NCBI GenBank assembly: GCA_977862235.1
Contig: OZ374563.1
Coordinates: 372,001 to 436,000, forward strand
Length of the DNA: 64,000 bases
DNA from: Dudresnaya verticillata
Taxonomy: Eukaryota
Reading direction: 5' to 3'
Below the pieces are notes generated by a model. That model saw only the letters and a list, made by a program, of their open reading frames with translations. It had not been told where the DNA came from and did not search any database. This document shows positions 41,023-53,542 of the stretch, piece by piece. The position numbers were made by a program, and so were the translations under genes. Position 1 is the stretch's first letter, and every line of letters begins with the position of its first letter.

Positions 41023-41925
41023 ATGCCACCACCCGCCGCCGCCGCGCCCGCGGCAGACGCGGCCGCCACCGTCCCGCCGTCCGTGGCGCTGCTCGCCATC
41101 GCGCTGATCTTCGTCGTGGCGCTGGTGTGCGTGCTGCTGCCGCTGCACGTGCTCTCCACGCCATCCGCGCTGCGCCGCTACGGCAACGCGTTCGCCGCCG
41201 GCTTCCTCTGCGCCGCGGCGCTCGTGCACCTCCTCCCGTCCGCGGACCGCGTGCTGCACGCGCTGGCGCCGTCGCACCTGCCCTACCCGTTCTCCGGGCT
41301 GCTGGCGCTGCTGGGCGCGCTCGCCGTGTTCCTGCTGGACGCCGCGCTGCGCGCGCGCCTGTCGCCGTCGCCGCTGCCGGCGCTCTCGCGCGCACCCGCG
41401 CCCGCGCCCAAGGCCGCCGCGCACCCGGCCATCGCGTACGTACTCGCGGCCGCGCTGTCGCTGCACTCGCTGGTGGAGGGGCTTGCGCTGGGCGCGTCGG
41501 CCGTGCACGCGCGGTCGTTCGCGGCGCTGCTGGCGGCCATCCTGGCGCACAAGGCGTTCGCGGCGCTGTCCGTGGGCGCCAGTCTGGCCGCGGTGGTGGC
41601 CGACGCGCGCGCCGACGCGGCCGCGGCCGCGGCGCACCGCGCGGCCGCGCTGGGCGTGGCGCTGGCGTTCGCCGCGCTCACGCCGCTCGGCGCCGTCGTC
41701 GCGCTGGCCGCCGTGTCGCGCTGGCTGCGCTCCGCGGCCGCGGACGCGCTCAGCGCGCTGCTCAACTGCGTCAGCGCGGGCATCTTCCTGTACGTCGGCT
41801 TTGTCGAGCTGCTTGCCGAGGAGTTTCGCGACGGCGACGACCGCGCCGCGCCCGCGCCGCCCGCGCTTGCGGCTGTGTTTGTGGGCGCGGCGCTCGCCAT
41901 GAGCGCGCTGGCCGTGTGGACGTAG
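41023..41925 (+). CDS. ZIP-family Zn/Fe transporter, copy 1
   Basis: GNAFAAG...LVHLLP, LSLHSLVEGLALG, AILAHK, SAGIFLYVGFVELL. Confidence 0.9.
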   Translation: MPPPAAAAPAADAAATVPPSVALLAIALIFVVALVCVLLPLHVLSTPSALRRYGNAFAAGFLCAAALVHLLPSADRVLHALAPSHLPYPFSGLLALLGALAVFLLDAALRARLSPSPLPALSRAPAPAPKAAAHPAIAYVLAAALSLHSLVEGLALGASAVHARSFAALLAAILAHKAFAALSVGASLAAVVADARADAAAAAAHRAAALGVALAFAALTPLGAVVALAAVSRWLRSAAADALSALLNCVSAGIFLYVGFVELLAEEFRDGDDRAAPAPPALAAVFVGAALAMSALAVWT

Positions 41926-42633
41926 CAGGTGGTGCGGTTGCGCTGCGCGGCGCGCGCGACGGCGAGGCGACCGGCGTGCCCGCGCGCCCGCCCCTTTTTT
42001 GGTTGCGCCTCTCGCTTCCCGTTTCCGGCGCACCGCGTTCGCCGATGCACTCCAATCACCTTTCCGCGGCGCGCGCCGCCCCAACCGCCGCCCTTTCAAA
42101 CGCACCGCATGCAAACGTTTTTGACTCCAACGATAAAGTCCACCGACCGTTTCTCCCCCCTTCCCATCTTCCCGTAACCCTCGAAAGCATCCACGACTCT
42201 GTGTGCTCTCACCAGACCATCTGCATATATCTGCCCCCAGTCATTCCCCGCGCACGTAACATACCATCCAAAACATTCCGTAGGCCCCTTGCTACACACC
42301 AGAGACATGCCGGAACAATGCCTGGGCCGTTGCCAATCTTGACAAACTCTAACAACACACGCCTCTTCCCAACTCGCCACGAATAATTCAAAGCCTGCTT
42401 GGGGCAAAACACCTATCCGGCCCGCTAACCTTCGTCCACCTCGCTCGTCAGCAGTAACACCGCCTGCAACACGCGTGCGTCTCCGCTTCCGACACGCGCA
42501 AACCCCGCTTCCCCCCGCATTGCTTCGAGATGACCCATCCCACACACTACCCCATTCCCCCCATGCCTCCGTCCACGCCCCATCGCCCACCAACGACCAC
42601 TGCTGCATTCCCCCAAACCCCACTCCGCCCAGC

Positions 42634-43551
42634 ATGACCTTCACACCCGTGTCGCGCGCGGAGGCGGCGGTATCGCTGTGCGGCTCGGTAGCAGCCATCG
42701 TCACCATATTCATCGTGGCCCTGGCAGGCGCCGTCCTACCCATCTACCTGTCCGCGCGCACCCCCGAGGGCGCCCCGCTCTTCCGCTTCGGCAACGCCTT
42801 CGCCGCCGGCGTGCTGGCCGCGGCAGCCTTCGTCCACCTGCTGCCAGAGGGCTCGGAAGCCCTGGCAGACCTGCTCCCGTCCGTCACCTTCCCGCTGGGC
42901 GGGCTGTTCGCGCTGGCCGGCGCCGCCGCCATGTTCGTGCTCGACTTCTTCCTGCACCGCCAGCTGCGCTCGGCGCACCCCAACGAAGACCACCACGAGG
43001 AGGGGCAACACGCCCCGCTGCTCGGTGCCGAGCACGCGCGCCACGCGCACGGAGCTGTCCCGCCCACCACGTCGCCCACCGCGGCGTACGCGCTGGCCAT
43101 CGCGCTCAGCCTGCACTCGTTTGTGGAAGGCGTCACGCTGGGCGCGTCGACGGGGCACGCGCGCCGCTTTGCCGCCGTGCTGGCCGCCATTCTGGCGCAC
43201 AAGCTGTTCGAGGCCCTGAGCCTTGGCGCCAGCCTCGCCGGCGCGGCGCGCGCCGCCGGTACCAAGGAAGCCCAAGTTGGCGCGGCGCTCACCGCAGTCG
43301 TGTACGCCGTGCTCACGCCGCTCGGCGCATGGCTCGGCACGTGGGCCGTGCGCGAGTGGCTCGATGGCAAGGAGGCGGGTGTGCTTAGCGCCGAGCTCAA
43401 CTGCGTCAGTGCCGGCATTTTTGTTTATGTCGCTTTTGTCGAGCTCCTTGCGCCGGAGGTTGACGCGCCGAAGAGTGACGATGATGCCAAGCTTGTCGCC
43501 ATGTTTGTGGGCGCGGCGGTCGTCATGTGCGCGTTGGCGGGAGTGTCGTGA
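42634..43551 (+). CDS. ZIP-family Zn/Fe transporter, copy 2 (His-rich loop)
   Basis: GNAFAAG...FVHLLPE, His-rich loop, LSLHSFVEG, AHKLFEA, SAGIFVYVAFVELL. Confidence 0.92.
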   Translation: MTFTPVSRAEAAVSLCGSVAAIVTIFIVALAGAVLPIYLSARTPEGAPLFRFGNAFAAGVLAAAAFVHLLPEGSEALADLLPSVTFPLGGLFALAGAAAMFVLDFFLHRQLRSAHPNEDHHEEGQHAPLLGAEHARHAHGAVPPTTSPTAAYALAIALSLHSFVEGVTLGASTGHARRFAAVLAAILAHKLFEALSLGASLAGAARAAGTKEAQVGAALTAVVYAVLTPLGAWLGTWAVREWLDGKEAGVLSAELNCVSAGIFVYVAFVELLAPEVDAPKSDDDAKLVAMFVGAAVVMCALAGVS

Positions 43552-43761
43552 GTGTGTCGCCCGCTTGGATGCGTTCAGGCGCGAAAGGTAAAAACATGAG
43601 ACGGAGAGAGGCCGTAACTGCGCTGTTGCAGCACAAAAAATTGCTTGTTGGGTACTATGTACGATCGATAACTGTACCATAATCATCGCGCGCCGCCGTC
43701 GTCTTCCCCACGGCCGTCGACCTCCGCGCCCTCCGACCCGACCGCCGTACCGCCGACCGCA

Positions 43762-44272
43762 ATGCCCATCCGCGTGCTTCAGCTTCACCTACGGCCGCAT
43801 CTGCGTCTTCTGCGCCCACACGCCTCGCACAGCCGCCGGTCCCGCGCTCTGTGCACGCAGCCTCCGTCTCTCCCGGACGAGCTCTCAGCACACGATGTGC
43901 TCCATCTCTACGCGCGCCTGAATCCGCTGCTCGCCTCCCTGCGCGCGCGTCACACCGCGCTGCTCGCGCAGCCGACCCTGCGCCCGGCCGAAGCTGCCGA
44001 GCTGCGCGGCCTGTCACCTCTCTCGGACGCGCTGTCAACCGCCGCCGCGGCGGAGGCTGAGCTCGCCGACGTCCGCCAACTCCACGACGACGCCGCCGCC
44101 GCACGCGACGCAGACCTGGCCTCGCTGGCGCGCGACGAGGCCGCCGCGCTAGAAGTCGCGCTGGCCGCGCACGCCCGCTCGCTCATCGCGCACGTGCTGT
44201 CGCGCCACCGCGCCGACGCAGAGGCGGGCGCGGGAGGCGGCGGCGACGGCGGGGTGGCCAGCCGCGCCATCG

Positions 44273-44306
<34 letters not shown>

Positions 44307-45174
44307 AGCGCTCTTCGTGGCCGACCTGGCCGCCATGTACGAGCGCCTGTGCGCGCGGAGGGGGTGGGCCGTGTCCGAGCTGTCGCGCGCAGAGGAGACC
44401 CGCGCCGGCGGGCTGCGCGAGCTGATCCTGCGCGTGAGCGGGCGCGGCGCGCGGCATGCGCTTTCTGGTGAGGCCGGAGTGCACCGCGTGCAGCGCGTGC
44501 CCGCGACAGAGACGGCCGGCAGGGTGCACACAAGCACGGCCAGCGTCGCTGTGCTCACGGACGACCGGGAGGCGGCTAGTAAGGTGGTGCTTGAGGACGG
44601 CGCCGTTCGTGTTGATGTGTACCGTGCGAGCGGCGCCGGTGGGCAGCATGTGAATAAGACGGAGAGTGCTGTGCGTGTGACGCATATCGCCACGGGGCTG
44701 GTTGCGACCAGCCAGGAGGACCGGTCGCAGCACCGCAACCGGGCGCTGGCGATGGAGGCACTCGCCGCGCGCATTGCTGCCAAGGAGGCGGCGGAGCGGG
44801 CGGCGAAGCGCGTGGCGGAGCGGCGCATGCAGCTTGGAGCCACTGCGGGAGAGAGGAGCGACCGCATTCGCACGTACAACGTGCCGCAGAGGAGGGTCAC
44901 GGACCATCGCGTGGTGGTCGATGATGGGCTGTTGGCAGTGCTGCCGGGTGCCCGGGAGGTGGTTGGGGACAAGTCGGCAGACCTCGCCGGCGTTCTTGAG
45001 GGCGGCCCCGCGCTTGACGGGATTGTTGCGGCCGTGCATCGTGTCGGCGTGCTGAGGGACTTGCAGGAGATTATCAGAGGCATCGAGAGTGTTGGTAAGA
45101 AGGACGGCGCTACTGGGCGACGGCGGTCGAAGAAGAAGGCTGCTGCGGCTGCGGCAGCTGCTGCAGCTGCTTGA
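43762..45174 (+). CDS. prfA: Organellar (probably mitochondrial) peptide chain release factor 1
   Basis: ELRAGTGGDEA, GVHRVQRVPATE (PxT motif), GAGGQHVN, IRTYN...RVTDHR. Arg/Leu-rich presequence. Confidence 0.9.
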
Positions 45175-45866
45175 AGTATCGTGTCTTTCGCGATTGCTTT
45201 TTAGCCCAAGTCGCGCTCCCCGGCCTGACGCGCGTCAAAGTTGGAGCTGACGGACAGCGCAGGTCTGAGACGCTTCGCCCGAGGCTGCTCTGGAGAAGCT
45301 TCTCGAATGGGCGCCTGGCATGCGATGCCCTGCGCAACGTGCTGTGCTTCTCTCCTTCTTCTGTAGGTGGCCGGGACGGCGTGAGGTGCGGAGGTAGCGC
45401 CATGGGTAGCCAAGGCCAGTACGAGGAGGCGCCTAAAGCGAAGCGCTTGCGACGATAGCTGCGCGCGGACGGCATCAACGCGTTCGAAAGGTGCCTTGCG
45501 TCGCCAACCGCGTCCGCAGTCATCCGGACTGAAAGCCCCCACCTTTTTGTCTTGCGGCCTGTTGTGTTGACTAGTGTGCTTCACGGCTTGACCGCAATAG
45601 CGGCGCAACGCGGCGCGGGACGGCGACGACGACGTTCATTCCTTAACAATAACTGCAACTGTGCATTTATCCCTCTATCACTGCATACGTACCGTTCACA
45701 ACTTGTACCATATAAACAGACGAACAGACGAAGCCCAAGCCCCAAACTCACAACCGAGCACACAAGCCATGCCCTACAAAAAGAGCAACGTCCCCTTCCG
45801 CGACGAGCAGCCCGGCAGCCCCGACTCCCCACACTCGATTCCCACAGCCCCGAGCAGCCCCGATCG

Positions 45867-46790
45867 CTACCCACCCGCGGACACCACCTCCCCGCCATGT
45901 ATTCTCGCGGCCTCATCCGTCCGCCCACCACGCTCAAGCACGCCACAACTCGCATCCACCCCCACAGCGCGGAAGAGCGCTCGAAGCGGTGCGAGCAGCG
46001 GCGTTGCGACGCGCGGCGCCACCGCCGCGGTAAAGCAGCTCACGCGGAACCCGTCCACAACCAGGTCGCCGGCGAGCGTGTGCGGGTTGTACAGCCCGCG
46101 CGCCCACACCCGCCCCACGCCCACCACCTCCGCCGCCGCGCCGTCCGCAGTCTGCAGCACGCTCCCCACGCGCACGTCGCCCGCCGTCCGCAGCGCGCCG
46201 TCCGCGTACACGAAATGCCCCGGCGACACCACCAGCACGCCGCGCCGCGTCGCAACCCGCACGAACGGGAACGCGCCGTGCGCCACGCGGTGCCCGAACA
46301 TAAACACCCGCGAGTACGCGCCGCGCCCCACGCGCACGCTCTCGCCGACGCGCACGCGCGCCAGCGCGACGTCGCCGCGCCCGCGCACGGACACGCGCGC
46401 AGAGCCCGGGAAGCAGGCCGCGTCGTCGCGCGCGTTCGGCTCGGGCGTCTGCTCGGCTTCGTCGTCGTCGTCGTCGTCGTCGCCCCCGCTCCCGCTGCCG
46501 GGGCGCCGGCCGCCCGGGATCAGCACCGGCACGCGTCCCGGCCGGCCGCCGCCGCCCGGCCGACCGCCGCTGCCCGGGCGGCGGCTGCCGCCCGACCCAC
46601 GCGACCCGCGACGCAGAAGCGGCGCGGAGCGCTGCGTCGACGGCGCGTGCAGGCGACGGCGGCGCAGCGGTGCCAGGCACAGCTCGCCCGGCGGGACATC
46701 CGCGCAGGGGTTGTTCTCTGCGGTGGATGCGGCGGCGAGGAGGAGCGCTGTTACTAGCAGGAGCAGTGGGAGTGGGTGCGAAGCGGGCAT
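45867..46790 (-). CDS. Secreted Hedgehog-type (Hog) Hint autoprocessing protein, third copy
   Basis: Signal peptide, two-Cys plus Arg/Gly-rich peptide, poly-Asp, DDAA|CFPGSARV, VFMFGHR, VSPGHFVY, GLYNPHTLAGDLVVDGFRVSCFT. Confidence 0.88.
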   Translation of the reverse strand: MPASHPLPLLLLVTALLLAAASTAENNPCADVPPGELCLAPLRRRRLHAPSTQRSAPLLRRGSRGSGGSRRPGSGGRPGGGGRPGRVPVLIPGGRRPGSGSGGDDDDDDDEAEQTPEPNARDDAACFPGSARVSVRGRGDVALARVRVGESVRVGRGAYSRVFMFGHRVAHGAFPFVRVATRRGVLVVSPGHFVYADGALRTAGDVRVGSVLQTADGAAAEVVGVGRVWARGLYNPHTLAGDLVVDGFRVSCFTAAVAPRVATPLLAPLRALFRAVGVDASCGVLERGGRTDEAARIHGGEVVSAGG

Positions 46791-46981
46791 GGTGATGCCG
46801 GGACGAGTGCTCCGACAGTGCGGCTCCGCGGGGACGAGGATGGGCTGTGCGTCAAAGCGTTACGTTTGTTGTGTTGGATCGAGAAGTGCGTCCGTTGGGC
46901 GTGTGGGCGGTTGGACACAGCGGAGGCGTTGTTTCGTGTGGGGCGCGTAGGCGGGACACTGAGGCCCGGCGGGGTAGAAGC

Positions 46982-47031
46982 AAGTCGGGCAGCGCTTGAC
47001 TTGCTAAGTCGGGCTGCGCTTGACTTGCTAA
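46982..47031. repeat. 24-bp tandem duplication upstream of the third Hint gene
   Basis: AAGTCGGGC(A/T)GCGCTTGACTTGCT twice. Confidence 0.85.
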
Positions 47032-49828
47032 CTGCTCGGACGGGGCCGCGTGTGCGCTGGAACAACCGCCATGGGCTCGATGCAACGCGGGACAGCGGAT
47101 ATGGAGCTCTGGGAGGTGGTTCGTAGCGTCCACTTTGTCCGCGCTGCAATCAGAATGCACTGACTTTGAAGGGACGCGCGCGGCGGTGGTATGTTTTGGC
47201 GCCAATTTGCGTGTTGGAGTCCAACGGAGATATCGAAACCGCGTCACAGCGGCTTGAAAGCCACTTCAAAGGCTTTGCTATAGGGGGAACAAGCCGTGAG
47301 CTAAAGTCGATTGCCAATCAGCTTTGGACGTGACCGACTCAACTAACCAAGTTACGACTTCTGAGCGCAGAGCGCTCTTCTTTGACCGAATCGCCTGGCG
47401 TTGGAATGCTTTCTTAACGCTGGCTAGTCCACACCGGCGTGCCCAGGCATCTTTTCTTTTCTTTCTTCTTCGCCTCTTGCTTTGTTGCTCTGCGGTCGGG
47501 TACATAGGCAACAATAGCTGTTAAACCGCGTGCTACGATTCGGCAAGAAGCAAGCGCGAGACACTCAAGCCCTATCAATCCTAAACAAGAGTATCTGCTA
47601 GTAGCAATAGTTCTCCGCATGCAAAGCAAATCGGCCCCTAGCAGTGATCGAGAGCAACAAGTTCGTCACTCTCCTCAGTAGATATGTATCCAAAGCGGCG
47701 CCGCTGCAACAAGTCGTGTGCTATAGAGATGAAGAAAATTTTCCGCCAAGCAGAAACAAGTTCGAGAAGTCTGAATCGTGGGCATTCCTCTCATCATATT
47801 GGCGCTCCTCTTAACCCTATCATCTGTTGCATAATAGCCAACACAAACAGCTCGTATGGCAATCCAACGCGCATCGATGGCCACACTATCGATGTTGATG
47901 TTCCAACAGTTGTACTCCGGCAAGCACCAGTAGATATCGTTCTGCCGTCCCACGCCTGGAAGAAGCGCACGTCTCCTGTTTGCGCATTCCAGAGCCCTGC
48001 GCCTCTCGTTGGCTGCGTTGTCTCGATCATCGTGGAGCTAGTGTACAGCCCCTGAGAACCTACACACGACCATGAACGCCAAACATATCCGCGTCATTCC
48101 CGAAGCCCTGCAAGCAGCCGAAAGAGATGAGCAGAGGAAGCGAAGTAGAAGGCGTTGGGCACCGTTGATGACTCCAGTGTGAGCCATCATATTGAAAACG
48201 TTGATGGGGTAGATGGGGCGAGATGCGAAGCATTAACTCAGACCCGTCAACAAGAAGAGTTCCATTGTCCACTGCCTTGGATTCGGACAAGAGCATCATA
48301 AAACATGTCGCTGCGAAGAAGCTAACGGTTACAGTCCTAACGGCAGGCATTGTGATGGGAAAAACTGCTTCTAACAACTATAGCGAAAGGCTTCTTCTGT
48401 GCTCAGGTTTAAAGGAGTCTCGACGTAAGGAAGATGCATTGTTTCACGTTTTCTCGTTAGGAAACTTTGCTGGAAAAGTTCCAACTCAAGTCAATGCATC
48501 TGAGCTAACATTGCTCTTCCGGTTGCATCCCTGTCGTGAGCAATTTCTTTTTCTCTGCTACTCTGGAGAAGCCGATGTCCCGATATTTGATGACCCTAGT
48601 CTAGTGTTCCCAAGTGAGCCAACTGTCGCGTTCTCGTGTCTCCAGGATTGTTGCTTCCTCCTGGACTTTGTTGATAAGGTGTGTACTCTTTTTTGCTTGC
48701 CATTGCTCGTTTCTCCAGCAGCAACACTAGTGACACTAGTGCTGCTGCCATCGGCTGGTGGGTCCTATCCATTGCAATCGTTTCTGGGTTGATCGTAGCT
48801 CAACCATACAACTATTCTTAGCACAGCATAACTTTTGGACCAATACGCAATAGCAGCAGCACGCGTTGATCGGAATGCTGAACCGATGCTTTGGAAATCA
48901 CCTCTCAAACTAGAGAGGCACACGAATCTCATTCCGCTCTTGTTGTTTGCACCTATGATCTATGCAATTATTTTGAAGGTTTGTGCTCATGATGCCCGAC
49001 CCGATGATGTCGTACCCCACGTACTGCTATGCGTTCTTCCAGCAGAAAGTAGTTGCTGCAGTCATCCTTGTTTGCTGACAATTCATTTGCAGTGTTGCCT
49101 GTACGACTCTACTGCTAGGAGCATCTGTGCCGAGTATCACTCTGAAGAGACATCAAACCTGCTCAAGAATAGGAATTATGATAAGCAACAGAGCGTACTA
49201 TTTCATTAAGAAAATACCTCGATAGCTTCGTTGTCAATTGAGCCAGCTCTCTCACATCTGTTCCCTCCTGCGTCGCGGAACCATTATCCACTGAAAACAA
49301 AACAAAAGTGAACAATATTGCAGGCTGCAACTGCTCAACTTGTTGCTGGGAGCCGTAGCACTGACAAAAGCTATTCATGCCTTTGCGCGACAAAGGTTTG
49401 CCTAGTTGCTGGAGTTGATATCTCTAGGCACGTGGCATGTCCCATCGTTGAGTAACGGGACATTTTTCTGTGCTGAGAAATTCTCTTTCGCACGTGGCCG
49501 TGACGGGCTACTTCCATGAGATGTTTACAAACCGCCGGTGAGACCAGCACTGGTAGGGCGGCACCTGATTCAGACGGACCACCGTGAAGTAAGCGATTCC
49601 CTGGAGAGATAAATGATATACACTCCATGACTATGGCCATTACTGCAGACAACACCACAATTTTGTTCGGTGCAGATGGTCCTTTGGCGATGAGGCTCGT
49701 TGTTGAAGAGTTACATCAGGGCAAAGAGTCTCACACGAGTTTATAGATCATGGGGAACGATCGGAGAAGCTTTTCTTGCTCTGTTGCGGCTCGGTCAGGC
49801 GTTAGTCACATCTGAGGGGATAATTTTA

Positions 49829-49899
49829 TTATCCCATTCCATCGAATAACGCAGTGGAGAAGTTATCCCCTTCCATCGGATAACGCAGTGGAGAAGTTA
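49829..49899. repeat. 34-bp tandem duplication
   Basis: TTATCCC(A/C)TTCCATCG(A/G)ATAACGCAGTGGAGAAG twice. Confidence 0.85.
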
Positions 49900-50678
49900 G
49901 ACCAATACCTGCCTTCGCACCCATTTGTTGAGATGTTTAAAATGAGGTACTCGAGGTCACAGTACGGGTAGAAAAATATACAACCAGTTGCCATTGATAT
50001 TTTCCATGCAAGAGAACGTCTGACTTCATTTACCTGTTTAAGACAACGCTTGCACATTGTATTTAAGCGAGACTGCAGGTTCTTGTTTGCAGCCAGTGCG
50101 TCTATGACGATCTGGAATATGATCAGGAGAAGAAGAGCATTCAGGAACTTGACCCCTTGAGGAACAGAAATATGCGTATAACGGCTTATGCTAACAATCC
50201 AAGTCCTCTGGAGAGCGCGCGGTATTTCTGTAATTGAGGCAAAGCTTCTACCCCTACATTGCAACCATAGCCTACCTGAAATGTCCATTATTCACGCGAC
50301 CGGGAATCCTAAACGTCTCATCTTTGGTTTGTCTTCTCGTAATGCATAGAAAGGACAAAAAACTTAAGAACAGAAGAGCATTTGCCTTGGAGATTGCCTC
50401 CCATGGCACTCCCTGTTGTTTGGAACTATCCACTGTATTGAGTGAATTGAAAACTACAGTCTTCATGCTCTTGGACGATAAGCGGAGGGCGCGTGCTCTA
50501 GTCAACCGCAGAATCCTTCGCTTCAGTTGAACGAAGGAACTTTAGCCCAAGCAATTGCCAATGTCGAGAAAAATGCCTATCTTCACTCAATATAGTGAGA
50601 ATGTTGGAGAATTGATCAGAAACCACACTGAGAGTCAAAAAAGGGGCGACTTGGGCCGTTTTACAGATGTTACTAGTG

Positions 50679-52694
50679 TTACACGCCTCCGGCCTTCTTG
50701 TCCTTCTCTGGCTCCTGCTTTTCGGACTCGCTGTCGCTCTTTGGTTCCTCAGAAGACTCTGACGATGATTCTGAAGCAGAATCAGCTTGAGCGTTAGCTT
50801 CTTGCGACGCCTTGTACATGGCTTCTCCTATTGTCATAGCAGCCTTCTGCAACGCCTCCGTCTTCGCCTTAATGTCACTGACGGTCGCCCCATCCTTCTC
50901 CATCTCTGAACGCAAATCAGCAATAGCAGCTTCCACACTTGCAATCTGGTCCGCGTTGAGCTTCTCCTTGTGTTCAGTGAAGCTCTTCTCAGTACTGTAC
51001 AGCAAGCTGTCGGCATCGTTCTTGGCTTCAATCATCTCCCGACGCTCCTTGTCAGCAGAAGCAAACGACTCGGCATTCTGGACCATTTCATTGATGTCAT
51101 CATCAGACAGACCACCCGAACTCTGAATGACAATGCTCTGCTCCTTACCAGTAGCCTTATCACGGGCAGAAACGTTCAGGATACCGTTGGCATCGATGTC
51201 AAATACAACGTCGATCTGCGGGACACCGCGGGGTGCTGGAGGGACTCCGACCAGATCGAACTGCCCGAGCATCTTGTTGTCCACCGCCATTTCACGCTCT
51301 CCCTGCAAGACCTTGATGCCTACTTGGGTCTGGTTGTCAGCAGCAGTGGAGAATACTTGAGACTTCTTGGTGGGGATGGTTGTGTTCCTGTTGATAAGCC
51401 TGGTGAAGACACCACCCAGAGTTTCCAGGCCAAGTGATAGGGGAGTCACATCTAGCAACAAAATATCCTTCACATCTCCCCGCAACACGCCACCCTGGAC
51501 AGCAGCGCCCATGGCGACCACCTCGTCTGGGTTCACACTCTTTGATGCCTCCCTACCGAAGAACTCCTTGACGACCTCTTGCACACGCGGCACACGAGTC
51601 ATGCCACCAACCATGAGGATATCACCGATCTCTGAAGAGGACACACCGGCGTCTTTGAGACAGCTCTTCATCGGTTCGAGCGTGCGGCGAACAAGCGGGT
51701 CAACAAGGGACTCGTACTTGGCACGCGTGAGCTTAAGGTTCATGTGCTTCGGGCCGGTGGCATCGGCAGTGATGAACGGAAGGTTGATATCGGTCTGCAT
51801 GGTGGAAGAGAGCTCGATCTTGGCCTTCTCAGCGGCCTCACGCAGACGCTGTAGGGCGAGACGATCCTGCGAGAGGTCAATACCCTGATCCTTCTTGAAC
51901 TCGCCAACGAGGTAATCCAGCAGGATCTGATCAAAGTCCTCACCTCCAAGATGGGTGTCTCCGTTCGTGGCCTTTACCTCGAAGACGCCACCGGAAATCT
52001 CGAGGATGGAGACATCGAAAGTACCACCACCCAGATCATACACAGCGACAATCTTCCCGTCAGCCTTGTCCAGTCCGTAAGCCAAGGCGGCAGCAGTGGG
52101 CTCGTTAATGATACGTGCAACGTCGAGACCCGCGATCTTGCCTGCATCCTTGGTAGCCTGGCGCTGGGCGTCATTGAAGTATGCCGGGACGGTGACAACA
52201 GCGTGCGAAACCTTCCTGCCGAGGAAATTCTCAGCAGTATCCTTCATCTTCTGCAAAACAAAGGCACCGACCTGGCTAGGCGAGTACTTCTCACCAGCAG
52301 CCTCAACCCAGGCGTCGCCATTGGGCCCGCTGACGATCTTGTACGGCATGGTCTTGACATCGAGCTGCGTCTCCTTGTCGGAGAATCGACGACCGATGAG
52401 ACGCTTGGTGGCGAAAAGAGTGTTCTGCGGGTTGGTAACAGCCTGGCGACGGGCTGGGATACCAACGAGCTTCTCGCCGTCCGGGGTGAATGCAACGACG
52501 GACGGGGTTGTGCGTACACCCTCCGCGTTCTCGATGACGCGCGGGGTCTTGCCCTCCATAACAGCGACGCATGAGTTGGTGGTGCCCAGGTCGATGCCGA
52601 TGACATCGCCCGAGATGGCGGACGACAGGCCGCGCGACGGCTGCACCGCGCGGGCGTTGCGCAGCACCAGGCCGAAGCGGGTGAGAGCGCGCAT
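50679..52694 (-). CDS. HSP70: Mitochondrial Hsp70 (DnaK-type)
   Basis: Presequence [15 protein letters not shown], then [45 protein letters not shown]. Confidence 0.96.
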   Translation of the reverse strand: MRALTRFGLVLRNARAVQPSRGLSSAISGDVIGIDLGTTNSCVAVMEGKTPRVIENAEGVRTTPSVVAFTPDGEKLVGIPARRQAVTNPQNTLFATKRLIGRRFSDKETQLDVKTMPYKIVSGPNGDAWVEAAGEKYSPSQVGAFVLQKMKDTAENFLGRKVSHAVVTVPAYFNDAQRQATKDAGKIAGLDVARIINEPTAAALAYGLDKADGKIVAVYDLGGGTFDVSILEISGGVFEVKATNGDTHLGGEDFDQILLDYLVGEFKKDQGIDLSQDRLALQRLREAAEKAKIELSSTMQTDINLPFITADATGPKHMNLKLTRAKYESLVDPLVRRTLEPMKSCLKDAGVSSSEIGDILMVGGMTRVPRVQEVVKEFFGREASKSVNPDEVVAMGAAVQGGVLRGDVKDILLLDVTPLSLGLETLGGVFTRLINRNTTIPTKKSQVFSTAADNQTQVGIKVLQGEREMAVDNKMLGQFDLVGVPPAPRGVPQIDVVFDIDANGILNVSARDKATGKEQSIVIQSSGGLSDDDINEMVQNAESFASADKERREMIEAKNDADSLLYSTEKSFTEHKEKLNADQIASVEAAIADLRSEMEKDGATVSDIKAKTEALQKAAMTIGEAMYKASQEANAQADSASESSSESSEEPKSDSESEKQEPEKDKKAGGV

Positions 52695-53542
52695 TGCGGG
52701 GAGTTCGGGTGGTGGCGGTGGGGGGGCGGACGGGGTGATGCGGTGGAGCAGAGGGTTGCGAGAGGTGGTGGGGGGTGGGGGGGGTGGTGGTGGTGGTGGT
52801 TGCGGGCAGGTCGCCGGCGGTGGCAGCGGGGCGTGCGCAGGCGATATGTACGGTGGCGGCGCAGGGCGTGGCATTAGCATCCACAGGTTGGATCATAAGC
52901 GGATTTGATCCCGCCGGCGGCCGCGGGCGGCCACGGCGGGGTGGCACGGCGCCCGCCACGCCGGCCAATGGCATCGCAGCGAGGTTTCCAGAACGACCGG
53001 CACAGCGGCGAATGGCGTGGTGCCACGCGTCCAGGTTCGCCGGCTACTTGGCGCGTGCGTGTTGGACACATTCCCGCGCTGGTTCACGGCGCCCTGCACG
53101 TCCGCGCAACACCTGTCGCGTGTGAATAGGGCCGGCCGCTCCCAATGGGAAGAAATGGCTGACTAGAGCGGTTTCAAGGGCGCGCGTAGCGCCAAGTGGC
53201 GCGCGCCGCCCTCCGCACCGCGTGTCTAAGCGCCCATTGGACAGCTCTGGCACCCGTGAATGCGAACTGACGGCGCCGTGTCCCGGAGCAACCGTCGCAT
53301 CGCGAGGCGTGGATCGTCCAACCCGCGCTCTCTATGCCGCCGCCATCGAGGCCCGCTCTCAGCTTTACCGCCCCACTGCCTACCGAGGGTAAAGTAAAAC
53401 CCCCCCCCGGCGCAGCCACGAAAGCCCCTGCAGCCACGTCTGCGCCTCACAGTCCGTTTCCCCCGCGCTCCCCCCCCTCCGTCGTCCTCTGTGCTCCGAC
53501 TCCCTCCCCGCCTTCGCCCCTCTCCCGCTACCGCCGTCCACC

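Noticed and set aside
39687..42386. 899-aa plus-strand ORF and other long Arg/Ala-rich overlapping ORFs across 36-47 kb and 58-59.6 kb
   Set aside because: Shadow frames of high-GC genes (EVE, ZIP, RF1, Hint, Nup35) with no recognisable motifs.
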